Assembly (NCBI GenBank): GCA_963748015.1
Contig: CAVVHE010000004.1
Location: 832,001 to 896,000, forward strand
Length of the DNA: 64,000 bases
Direction: 5' to 3'
Source: Terriglobia bacterium
Lineage (GTDB): Bacteria > Acidobacteriota > Polarisedimenticolia > Polarisedimenticolales > JAIQFR01
Shown here: positions 1-8,631 of the stretch, piece by piece
Position numbering within the stretch: the stretch's first letter is position 1
How the letters are laid out: the number at the start of each line of letters is the position of its first letter
Made by a program: the position numbers and the translations under genes
Notes under the pieces: generated by a model
What the model saw: the letters and a program-made list of their open reading frames with translations, nothing else
Databases searched by the model: none
What the model was told of the DNA's origin: nothing

Positions 1-93
1 TCGGTCGAATACTCCCGGTATGCTCCCTCGTCGCTCCTCACAGGCCGGGCGCATCGACGGCCTCGATGTTAACGGGACTTCGGGTACGAGACA

Positions 94-1464
94 CTAGTCG
101 AGGCGGAATTTCTTGAGCCGGTAGATGAGGGTCTGTCGCGAGATCCCCAGGAAACGGGCGGCGCGGGTCTGGTTCCCGGCGCAGCGCCGGAGCGCCTCGC
201 CGAGAAGCCCCTTCTCGACGTCCTCGAGCGAGATCCCGTCGGGGGGGATGTCGAGTCGGACCCCGCCGAACGTCGGTAGGTCCGCGCGCAGGGCCTCGGG
301 AAGCTCGCCGACGGCGACCGTGGGCTCTCGCGAGAGGACCACCAGCCGCTCGATCACGTTCTCGAGCTCGCGGACGTTCCCGGGCCAGTCGTAGCGGTCG
401 AAGCGGTCGAGGACCGCGGCATCGAGCTTGGGTATCGGCCTCCCGTGGCGCTTGCCGTGCTTGAGGAGGAAGTGCTCCACGAGGAGCGGGATGTCCTCGC
501 GCCGCTCGCGCAGGGGAGGAAGCGTCAGCGCGACCACGTTCAGCCGGAAGAACAGATCCTCTCGGAACGTGCCTTCCCGGACCCGTCCCTCGAGGTCGGC
601 GTGCGTGGCCGCGACGACCCTGACGTCGACGCGAACGGGGTGGCCGGCGCCGATCTTGTCCACTTCTCCTTCCTCGATGGCTCGAAGGAGGCGGGATTGG
701 GCGTCGCGCGGAATCTCGGCGACCTCGTCCAGGACGATCGTCCCGCCGGAAGCGATCTCGAACTTCCCCCTCCGATCCTCGGTGGCTCCCGTGAACGCGC
801 CGCGGCGGTAGCCGAAGAGCTCCGACTCGACGAGCCCCTCGGGGATCGCCGCGCAGTTGACGACCACGAAGGGGCCGTCCTTCCTCCGTGACCGGAGGTG
901 GAGAGCCCTCGCGGCGAGCTCCTTGCCGGTACCGCTCTCCCCGAGGAGAAGGACCGTCGCGTCGGAGTCGGCCGCGAGAGACAGATCCGACAGCACGCGG
1001 CGGAGCGACGCGGAGGAGCCGAGGATGCTCTCGAACCCGCCGTGCTCCTGAACGACCGCCCGGAGGCGCCGGTTCTCGTCCCGGAGCCCCGCGAATTCGA
1101 GGGCGCGGCGAACCGACACGAGGAGGCGGTCGCGGGTGAAAGGTTTCTCGAGAAAGTCGAGGGCGCCGAGCTGCATGGCGCGGACGGCGGTCGCCACGTC
1201 CCCGTGCGCCGTGATCACGATGGACGCGGTGTCGGGGCGGACCACCCGGGCGCGGTCCACGAGCTCGATGCCGTCCATGCCGGGCATGAGGACGTCGGAC
1301 ACGAGCAGGTCGAAGGCCTGGCCTCGAAGCGCGTCGAGAGCCTCCTCGGCGGTCGCGGCGCTCGTCACCGCGTACCCGGCCTCGTTCAGCTGGTACTCGA
1401 CGACGCGGCGCAGGCTGGCGTCGTCGTCCACGAGGAGCACTCGAGGGGTCGCGCCCGCCTTCAT
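94..1464 (-). CDS. sigma54-dependent response regulator (NtrC/AtoC/ZraR family: REC + AAA+ + Fis HTH)
   Basis: Receiver motifs LVDDD and SDVLMP; Walker A GESGTGKE; GAFTGA loop; WPGNVREL; C-terminal GNQTRAARFLGISRQTL HTH. Confidence 0.96.
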   Translation of the reverse strand: MKAGATPRVLLVDDDASLRRVVEYQLNEAGYAVTSAATAEEALDALRGQAFDLLVSDVLMPGMDGIELVDRARVVRPDTASIVITAHGDVATAVRAMQLGALDFLEKPFTRDRLLVSVRRALEFAGLRDENRRLRAVVQEHGGFESILGSSASLRRVLSDLSLAADSDATVLLLGESGTGKELAARALHLRSRRKDGPFVVVNCAAIPEGLVESELFGYRRGAFTGATEDRRGKFEIASGGTIVLDEVAEIPRDAQSRLLRAIEEGEVDKIGAGHPVRVDVRVVAATHADLEGRVREGTFREDLFFRLNVVALTLPPLRERREDIPLLVEHFLLKHGKRHGRPIPKLDAAVLDRFDRYDWPGNVRELENVIERLVVLSREPTVAVGELPEALRADLPTFGGVRLDIPPDGISLEDVEKGLLGEALRRCAGNQTRAARFLGISRQTLIYRLKKFRLD

Positions 1465-2558
1465 GGGAGGTCCGGCGGGGCCAAGGGAAGTGCTAGGCGG
1501 AAGCGCGCGCCACCACCCTCGGCGGGCTCGGCCGTCAACGTTCCGCCGTGACTCGCGGCGATCCGGCGCGCGATGGCCAGCCCGAGCCCGGTCCCGCCGC
1601 TGCGGGTGGAGAAGAAGGGTTCGAAGATCCGCTCCAGCGGGCCTTCGGGAAGCCCGATGCCATGATCGCGCAACGCGATGATCACGGCCCCGGCGCTCCT
1701 CGTGGTCTCCACCTCGAGGACGCCGCCGGCCGGCATGGACTGGATGCCGTTGAGCAGGAGGTTCACCAGGGCCTGCTGGATCTGGCCGGGGTCGGCAAGG
1801 GCCGGGACGAGGTCGGGGGAGAGAGCGAGAGCGATCCGGACGGAGGCGCGGGCGGCGGTCTTGGAGAGAAGATCCACCGACGCCCGCACCGCGGTGTTGA
1901 CGTCCAGGCGTCCCGGGGCGGGGGGCTGCGGACGGGCGAAGTCGAGGTACTTGCCGGCGATGCCGTTCAGCCGCTCGATCTCCCGCCGGAGGATGTCCAC
2001 GAACTCCCGGTGGGGGTGGGAGGGCGGGTAGTCTCCCTCGAGGATCTCGACCGCGCCGCCGATCGCCCCGAGCGGATTGCGAACCTCGTGGGCCATTCCC
2101 GCCGCGAGGGTGCCGAGGGAGACCAGGCGGTCGGCGCGTCGAAGGGTGCTCACCGTCTCCTCGAGGTCCTTGAGGGCCCGGTCGCGCTCGGTCGCCGTGG
2201 CCTCGGCGCTCTGCCTGAGAGCGCGCTCGCGGTCCGAGAACGCCCCGGCGATCACCGCCACCACCGCGAACATCGCCGTCTCGAGCGCCTGGCTCACCTG
2301 GTACGCCGTATCGTGGGTCCAGTGCACGACGATGTGCGGAGCGTACAGCAAGGCGCAGGCCGCGGCGACGATCACGCCTCCGCGCAGCCCGAACCAGGCG
2401 CAGGCTAGGAGGATCGGGATGTAGTAGAGGCGCTGGTACAGGTTGTGGAGGAGGGTGTGCTGCGGATCCGTGGCGTAGTGCGCCAGCGTGATGGCCGCCG
2501 CCGTCGTCGCCACGACGGCGGCCCGGGTTCGACGGCTGAGGCTGCGGTCGCCGCTCAA
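1461..2558 (-). CDS. membrane sensor histidine kinase, partner of the adjacent regulator
   Basis: Hydrophobic N-terminal helices; H-box AHEVRNPL; N-box NLLLNG; DHGIG; FEPFF; GTGLGL; TTG start; stop overlaps regulator start (ATGA). Confidence 0.93.
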   Translation of the reverse strand: MSGDRSLSRRTRAAVVATTAAAITLAHYATDPQHTLLHNLYQRLYYIPILLACAWFGLRGGVIVAAACALLYAPHIVVHWTHDTAYQVSQALETAMFAVVAVIAGAFSDRERALRQSAEATATERDRALKDLEETVSTLRRADRLVSLGTLAAGMAHEVRNPLGAIGGAVEILEGDYPPSHPHREFVDILRREIERLNGIAGKYLDFARPQPPAPGRLDVNTAVRASVDLLSKTAARASVRIALALSPDLVPALADPGQIQQALVNLLLNGIQSMPAGGVLEVETTRSAGAVIIALRDHGIGLPEGPLERIFEPFFSTRSGGTGLGLAIARRIAASHGGTLTAEPAEGGGARFRLALPLAPPDLP

Positions 2559-2565
2559 CCCCCGC

Positions 2566-3864
2566 TCAGTACTTGTAGGACAGTCCGCCGTACAAGCCCT
2601 GGTAAACCACGGAGTGATCCTGCCGGGTGAAGGAGGGGACGGTCACGGTGATGGCGCGGGTATTCGGATCGCGGTACCAGTTGATTTGCCCCGGCTTGAC
2701 GTCGGCCCCGACGCCGGTGTACCGCGCGTTCCTGTACCCTCCGAAGACCTCCAGGCCGCGCCAGGCCTTCCAGCGCAGCTCGAGGTAGGCCTCGACGGTC
2801 TGGGCGCCGGCCGCGTCGCTGGTCTCCACGTTGATCGGCAGCGCGAACTGCTGGATGGCGCCGATCAACGAGTTGCCCTGCGCGTCGACGCTGTCGAACT
2901 CGTCGAACGGCGGGGCCATGATGTAGTCGATCTCGAGCCTGCTCGGCATGGTCATCATGGCGTAGAAGTGGGACGTGGAGCTGTACTGGGTCGCGAGCTT
3001 ACCCTCGAGGCTCGCGACCGAAAAGCCGGTCTCGATGGAGAGGGTCGGGGTCAGCGGAAACGTCAGGTCGACGCCCGCTTCCAGGCCTTGCCCCTCGAAC
3101 TGGGAAGCAAGGTGGGCGGTGTCGGCGCCGGGCAAGAGCGGGTTGTTCGCCGGCGTTGGCTGCGGATACAGGATCGGCGGCAGGGCGTCCCCCTGGTACA
3201 CCGGGAAGAGCGAGTAGTAGTCTCCGTCGAGAGTCCGCGTGTGCTGGATCATCCGGTAGCCGACGAACCAGCGCGCCACGAATTTCGACGACTGGAACCC
3301 GATCCGCCGGAAATCGAGGCGCAAGTCGCGCAGCTTCGTCTGGGTTCCCACGAGGAAGCCGTCCGCCAAGCCGTCGTCGTTGATCCCGGCGTAGAGCGGG
3401 TACATCGGCAGGATGCCGTACGCGAACTGGCCGGGAGTGTAGCGCGCCAGCTCGCTTGTCTGATCGTGAGAATACCACGTCCCGACGACCTCTCCGATGT
3501 TCTTGTGGATCGTGAAACCCGCCCGGTAGCGGATGCGGTTCTCCGTGCCCTGGGGCATGTAAGCAAGGGAGGTCACCGTTCCGCCGTTCGTGTCTCGCTG
3601 GCTGGCTGGAGCGTACTCGAGGCCCTCGGGTTGCGAGACCCAGTCGCTGGCCTCGACGAACCAGGTGACGCGCTTGCCCTCGTCGTCGGCTTGCGTTTCG
3701 GCCTCCGGAGGCTTCGCGGCCTCGGCGGGCTTGACGGGCTCGGGGGCCTTGGGGGCCTCCGCGGTCTTGGCCGGCGCTGCCGGTTTGGTCTCTTGAGCCC
3801 GGGCGATCGCCGGAACGACGGCTCCGAGCAGCAGCAGCGCAATCCACCGTGAGTACGCTCTCAT
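2566..3864 (-). CDS. putative outer-membrane beta-barrel protein with Pro/Ala/Glu/Lys-rich N-terminal linker
   Basis: Signal peptide MRAYSRWIALLLLGAVVPAIARA; amphipathic aromatic-rich strands; C-terminal YQGLYGGLSYKY resembles a beta-signal; start re-called at ATG 3864. Confidence 0.65.
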   Translation of the reverse strand: MRAYSRWIALLLLGAVVPAIARAQETKPAAPAKTAEAPKAPEPVKPAEAAKPPEAETQADDEGKRVTWFVEASDWVSQPEGLEYAPASQRDTNGGTVTSLAYMPQGTENRIRYRAGFTIHKNIGEVVGTWYSHDQTSELARYTPGQFAYGILPMYPLYAGINDDGLADGFLVGTQTKLRDLRLDFRRIGFQSSKFVARWFVGYRMIQHTRTLDGDYYSLFPVYQGDALPPILYPQPTPANNPLLPGADTAHLASQFEGQGLEAGVDLTFPLTPTLSIETGFSVASLEGKLATQYSSTSHFYAMMTMPSRLEIDYIMAPPFDEFDSVDAQGNSLIGAIQQFALPINVETSDAAGAQTVEAYLELRWKAWRGLEVFGGYRNARYTGVGADVKPGQINWYRDPNTRAITVTVPSFTRQDHSVVYQGLYGGLSYKY

Positions 3865-3919
3865 TCGCTTCACCCTATCCACGACGTGGGACGAATTCCG
3901 TCCGAGGTCGGAACGAACC

Positions 3920-4783
3920 CTAGCGCAGCGTGAACGAGTAGGAAATCCCATCCTGCGAGTTCTGGGGCGAGAAGGTGTTCCCGACGAGGGAGCTCGAGAC
4001 GTCCTTGCCTTCCAGGTAGATCTGGCTTCCGAAGGTCGGCGGGGCATTGGTGAACAGGGCGGTGGCCCCCGGGTTGGTGTCCTTCCGCGCCTTCACGATC
4101 ACGGTGTCTCCGGAGTTCAGCTGGACCGGGAAGTAAGAGGGGCTTCCGGCCACGCTCGGGTCGCCGAGCTGCACGCCGCTCGAGGGGCCGCCGTACGGGC
4201 ACTGGCTGCCATAGCTCGTGGAGGTACCCGAAGCGATCTTGATCTTCTCGACGAAGTCTCGGCTGGCGGTGGAGATCCGGCGCCCGTTCTTCAGCGACAG
4301 CACGACGGTCACGTTCGGGTTGTCGGGATCGGAGAGGTCCCGCGACCAGTCCGTCGGGTGCTTCGAGGGGGTCTGGGGCGCGGTGTCGTCGTAGGCGGTC
4401 ACGCTGCCGTACGAGGAGGAATAGGTCGCATCGGAGAGCCGCTCGATCGTGGACGAGCCGGCGCGGATCAGGTCGATCTCGACGGAGTACCGGAACGGGT
4501 ACACCGCGCTCAGGCGCTGCTGGAGGTCCGGCGTATCGGCGATGTCGCACCAAAGCCCGAGGTCCACGACCGTCTCGTCCGGCGGACGCTCGGGCTGGTC
4601 GGGGTAACTTGTCGAGGTCACCAGGGCGGCGTCCCACACCTCGAAGAGGAGGACCCTCGGCGCGTTCGCCTGGAAGGTCACCTGGCCGTTCTGCGCCGGC
4701 TTCGCGGTCGGCTGGGTCGTGCTGCAGCCGAGTGCTACGGCGACGAGCAGAATGGCCACCGAACCCAGAACTCTTCTTGCCAT
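3920..4783 (-). CDS. hypothetical lipoprotein
   Basis: MARRVLGSVAILLVAVALG-C lipobox; GGAGG upstream of ATG 4783; Ser/Thr/Pro-rich beta-type sequence. Confidence 0.75.
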   Translation of the reverse strand: MARRVLGSVAILLVAVALGCSTTQPTAKPAQNGQVTFQANAPRVLLFEVWDAALVTSTSYPDQPERPPDETVVDLGLWCDIADTPDLQQRLSAVYPFRYSVEIDLIRAGSSTIERLSDATYSSSYGSVTAYDDTAPQTPSKHPTDWSRDLSDPDNPNVTVVLSLKNGRRISTASRDFVEKIKIASGTSTSYGSQCPYGGPSSGVQLGDPSVAGSPSYFPVQLNSGDTVIVKARKDTNPGATALFTNAPPTFGSQIYLEGKDVSSSLVGNTFSPQNSQDGISYSFTLR

Positions 4784-4806
4784 CCCGACCTCCGTGAAAG
4801 ACAGAG

Positions 4807-4836
4807 AAACTACCCCGAGAGCCACGGGGTCGTCAA
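4807..4836 (-). promoter_or_regulatory. sigma70-type promoter for the lipoprotein/barrel/two-component run
   Basis: TTGACG-18 nt-TAGTTT on the minus strand just upstream of the lipoprotein start. Confidence 0.5.
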
Positions 4837-4991
4837 GCGGTCGTTCCGCCCGCCCTGGAGCGGTTGCGGTGAATCTTCCGCACCCGCGGCGGGGAATCGC
4901 CGTGCTAGAATCCGCCCGCCTGGGCTCCCGGGGCCTTTTCCCCTCGGCCCATGCCCCCGGGCGGGACGCTTCGGGGATGGAGGTACCGAGG

Positions 4992-5645
4992 ATGGCGCGT
5001 TACCCGACCGCGGAAGAGGCGGCCGCCGTCGAGTCCCGAAGGGTGGAGCGCGTCTACTCCGTGCTGGCGAGCGGGTACGATGCCTTCTTCGACTGGGCGC
5101 TCGGCCCGGGGCGTCGCCGGGCTATCGCCTCGCTTCCGATTCGACCCGGCGACCGGGTCCTCGAGGTGGGAGTCGGGACGGGACTCTCCCTTCCGTTCTA
5201 CCCCGAGGAGTGCCACGTCACGGGGGTGGACATCGCGGAGCCGATGCTCGAGCGGGCAAGGATGCGCCTGGATCTGATGGGCAGGGACGATGTCGAGCTG
5301 CGGCGCATGGACGCCCGCGACCTGAAGTTCCCCGACGGCTGCTTCGACCACGTCGTTGCGCCGTACGTGATCTCGGTGGTCCCGGAGCCGGAAAGGGTGA
5401 TGGCGGAGATGGCGCGCGTCTGCCGTCCCGGCGGGAGCGTCATCGTCGTCAACCACTTCCTCAGCGAGAATCCGGTCCTCGGGTTCTTCGAGCGGCTCCT
5501 GACCCCGGCGAGCCGCTGGATCGGTTTCCGGATGGACCTTCCGGTATCCGAGGTGGTCCCCACGGCCGGACTCGAGCTGGTTCGGTCGAAGAGGGTCAAC
5601 CTCCTCGGGCTCTGGCGATTGCTGGAGCTGAGCCGCAAGGGGTAG
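4992..5645 (+). CDS. class I SAM-dependent methyltransferase, PmtA (phospholipid N-methyltransferase)-like
   Basis: VLEVGVGTG SAM motif; GVDI; YVISVVP; VNHF; GGAGG before ATG 4992; TG-n-TAGAAT at 4906-4911. Confidence 0.8.
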   Translation: MARYPTAEEAAAVESRRVERVYSVLASGYDAFFDWALGPGRRRAIASLPIRPGDRVLEVGVGTGLSLPFYPEECHVTGVDIAEPMLERARMRLDLMGRDDVELRRMDARDLKFPDGCFDHVVAPYVISVVPEPERVMAEMARVCRPGGSVIVVNHFLSENPVLGFFERLLTPASRWIGFRMDLPVSEVVPTAGLELVRSKRVNLLGLWRLLELSRKG

Positions 5646-5706
5646 GAGCCCGTCCGGGTCATCGCGCCAACCCAGGGAGTTCTTCGCACGGGTCCCGGCT
5701 CCGCGG

Positions 5707-6399
5707 TCAGTGCTCCGGATCTCCCGGGTGCTTCGCGGGGGGCCACGGCCGTCGCTGCGGGACCGGCGCCTCGTGCTCCTCGGACAGCCGGTCGACGACC
5801 TGCATCTGTTCCATCACCCTTGCGAACTGCCGCTCGATCGTCTCGCTGGTGACGGAATTCCGCGTGAGCATTTCGAGGGCTCGCACCTTCTCCCGCAGGG
5901 CGGCGATCTCGATCCCGCGGCCCTCGAGCTCGAGTTGCGCCTCTCGCACTTTCTGTCGCAAGAGCGAGGTCTCGCGATGGAGGCGCTCGCGCAGCCTCGC
6001 GACCTCGGCGCGAAACTCCTCGATTTCTCGCCGCTTCGCTTCGAGATCCCCCTGGAGCTCGATCGTTCGCAGGCCGCCGGCCCGGACCATCCCGTACTGC
6101 ACGAGGAGCTGCTCGTGCTTCATTTGCAGCTCCTGGTAGAGGCCGATCGGGAGCGTGTCGCGGGAGGCGGTCCTCGCCGGCGCTCGCGAGGCGACGCGAA
6201 CGGGCTCGGGAAGATTGCGCGGCGCGGAATCGTCGGCGATGCCGGCCCCGGCGAAGTCCTGGTCGGAGACGAAGTACTCCGGGCCGTAGCGGCCGGGGCG
6301 CTTCTCCGCGCGGAGTTTGCCGTTGCGGATGTAGCGCCGGAGCGTCGTGACGGACAGGCCTGCCCGCTCGGCAGCCTCCCTCAAGGTCATTCGCTCCAT
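5707..6399 (-). CDS. MerR/excisionase-like N-terminal HTH protein with long coiled coil
   Basis: MTLREAAERAGLSVTTLRRYIRNGKL HTH followed by a heptad-rich E/L/R segment; start re-called at ATG 6399. Confidence 0.75.
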   Translation of the reverse strand: MERMTLREAAERAGLSVTTLRRYIRNGKLRAEKRPGRYGPEYFVSDQDFAGAGIADDSAPRNLPEPVRVASRAPARTASRDTLPIGLYQELQMKHEQLLVQYGMVRAGGLRTIELQGDLEAKRREIEEFRAEVARLRERLHRETSLLRQKVREAQLELEGRGIEIAALREKVRALEMLTRNSVTSETIERQFARVMEQMQVVDRLSEEHEAPVPQRRPWPPAKHPGDPEH

Positions 6400-6601
6400 G
6401 CTCCGGTCTCCGCGCAGCCTTCGCGAGGCGGCGCCGGACGTTTCTACCACAGCGCGTGATCGCGCCACAAGGGGCGGCGCGTTCCGTCACGAATCCTGCC
6501 CGGCGGTCGCGGCGACCGGAGGACGCGGCTTGAAGGCGGGGGATGCCGCGATGTACCTTCTGCGGGCCCCGGTGCCTAGCCGGGGAGTGGAGGCGGGACC
6601 G

Positions 6602-8140
6602 ATGAGCGATTCTCCATCGCGGGTGAGGCACTGGGCCGACGAGGCCGCGTCGGCCGTGGCGGCCTCGGGTCGCGTTCCGGTGCTCTCGACGGGGATCTCG
6701 CCGTCGGGCGAGATCCATGTCGGGAACATGCGGGAGGTCCTGACGGCCGACGCGGTCTTCCGGGCGTTGCGCGACCTCGGCGTTCCCGCGCGCTTCAACT
6801 ACGTCTGCGACAACTTCGACCCGCTGCGCAAGGTCTCCCCGTTCCTCGACCCGGCGGTGTACGCCTCCAAGGTCGGCCAGCCGCTCTCCAGGATCCCGTG
6901 CCCTTGCGGAAAGCACGCGTCGTACGGCGACCACTTCCTGGAGCCCTTCCTCGAAACGCTCCAAACCCTGCACGTCGAGGTGGAGCTCGAGCGCGCCGAC
7001 CTGATGTACGCGTCGGGCAGGATGGTTCCCTACATCGTCGCCGCGCTGGAGGGAAGGGATAGCATCGCGGCGATCCTCCGCGAGTTGACGGGAAAGGAGG
7101 TCGGCGAGGACTGGTGGCCGTTCAGTCCGCTATGCTCCGCGTGCGGGAGGATCAGCGCGGCGCGGGTGACGGGGTTCTCCGCGGCGCACGAGACGGTGGA
7201 CTTCGCGTGCGAGTGCGGGGCCGCGGGCACGGTGCCGATGGCCGGCGGCGGGAAGCTCGTCTGGCGCATCGATTGGCCGGCACGCTGGAAGCTGCTCGGC
7301 GTCACCGTGGAACCCTTCGGCAAGGACCACGCGACGCGCGGGGGGTCGTACGATACCGGAGTTCGCATCGTCCGGGAGGTTTTCCACGGCGAGCCGCCCC
7401 ATCCGATCCCCTACGAGTGGATATCCCTCAAGGGAGCGGGGGACATGTCCTCCAGCAAGGGAAACGTCCTGTCCATCGGCGACGCGCTGAAGCTCGTCCC
7501 CCCCGAGGTCCTCCGCTACCTCGTGCTGCGCGAGAAGCCGCAGCGGACGATCTCGTTCGACCCGGGTCTGCCGCTCCTGCAGCTGGTCGACGAGGTGGAC
7601 GACGCGACCGCCGCAGGGCGCGACGAGCGGGCCCTCGCGCTCTCGCAGGCGGCGGGCTTTCGTCCGGTAGGGGTTCCCTTCAAGCATCTGGTGGTCGTCG
7701 CGCAGGCCGCAGCCTTCGATCTCGACGGCGTGATGTCCATCCTGGAGCGCACCGGCTACTGTGGCCTCGACCGGGAGGCGGTCCGGGACAGAATGGGGTA
7801 CGCTCTACGATGGTTGGAGAGCCATGCCCCCGAGGAGTTGAAATTCGAGGTGCGCCACTCCCTTCCGGCGGAAGTGGAGGCGCTCTCGCCAACCCAGCGG
7901 GACGCTCTCGGGAGATTGGCACGGGAGTTGAAAGAGGACATGGATGGCGATGCGGTGCATGCCCTGATTCACCGCCTGGCCAAGGAGATTCCGGAAATGA
8001 AGCCGGCGGAGATGTTCCAGGCGGTTTACATCAGCCTTCTCGGGAAGCCGAGGGGCCCGCGCGCGGGGTGGTTCGTGTCCGTTTTGGGAGCTTCGTTCTG
8101 CGCGCGACGATTCCGTGAAGCGGCGGGAGAACTTCGATGA
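6602..8140 (+). CDS. lysK: lysine--tRNA ligase, class I
   Basis: HWAD N-terminus; TGISPSGEIHVGN (HIGH-type); DNFDPLRKV; Cys clusters; GKLVWRIDWPARW; EPFGKDH; MSSSKG (KMSKS-type); GPRAG. Confidence 0.95.
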   Translation: MSDSPSRVRHWADEAASAVAASGRVPVLSTGISPSGEIHVGNMREVLTADAVFRALRDLGVPARFNYVCDNFDPLRKVSPFLDPAVYASKVGQPLSRIPCPCGKHASYGDHFLEPFLETLQTLHVEVELERADLMYASGRMVPYIVAALEGRDSIAAILRELTGKEVGEDWWPFSPLCSACGRISAARVTGFSAAHETVDFACECGAAGTVPMAGGGKLVWRIDWPARWKLLGVTVEPFGKDHATRGGSYDTGVRIVREVFHGEPPHPIPYEWISLKGAGDMSSSKGNVLSIGDALKLVPPEVLRYLVLREKPQRTISFDPGLPLLQLVDEVDDATAAGRDERALALSQAAGFRPVGVPFKHLVVVAQAAAFDLDGVMSILERTGYCGLDREAVRDRMGYALRWLESHAPEELKFEVRHSLPAEVEALSPTQRDALGRLARELKEDMDGDAVHALIHRLAKEIPEMKPAEMFQAVYISLLGKPRGPRAGWFVSVLGASFCARRFREAAGELR

Positions 8141-8574
8141 GCGTAGCAGGAACGGCGAGACAGTGGACTCTCCGGGGGACACTGGCGATCGTTTTGAGCC
8201 TGGGCGGTGGTGTCGCGATGGCGTGGCAACAGGTCACACCTCCCCCGGAGGCCCCGGACGCCCCCGAAACCGCCGTGGCGGCTCCGCAGGCGAAGAAGGT
8301 GGTTCGAACCTTCAAGGTCTATGCGGACAACTGGGAGTGGAGCCCGGAGACGATCCGGGTCAAGCAAGGCGAGCACGTCGTTCTCAAGCTGCACGCCTAC
8401 CGGGCGACCCGCTCGTTCGTGCTCAAGGCCTACAAGCTCGACGTCCACATGCCCCAGGACCAGGACATCACCGTCGAGTTCGACGCCGACAAGAAGGGGG
8501 AGTTTCCCTTCAAGTGCGGCCGCCCTTGCGGCAACGGCTGCGCGAAGCTGAGAGGGACGCTGGTCGTCGAGTGA
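8137..8574 (+). CDS. exported cupredoxin-fold protein (COX2/CuA-like) with altered ligands
   Basis: Signal peptide; WEWSPETIRVKQGEHVVLKL; GEFPFKCGRPCGNGCAKLRGTLVVE; ATGA overlap with lysK. Confidence 0.75.
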   Translation: MSVAGTARQWTLRGTLAIVLSLGGGVAMAWQQVTPPPEAPDAPETAVAAPQAKKVVRTFKVYADNWEWSPETIRVKQGEHVVLKLHAYRATRSFVLKAYKLDVHMPQDQDITVEFDADKKGEFPFKCGRPCGNGCAKLRGTLVVE

Positions 8575-8631
8575 CGGTTGACCGCGGGTCGCGGGGCGAG
8601 GCGATCCCCGCCCCGGACTCCACCGCCGGGT

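Noticed and set aside
3690..3790. Repetitive Pro/Ala/Glu/Lys-coding stretch
   Set aside because: Low-complexity protein linker, not a CRISPR array or a DNA tandem repeat.
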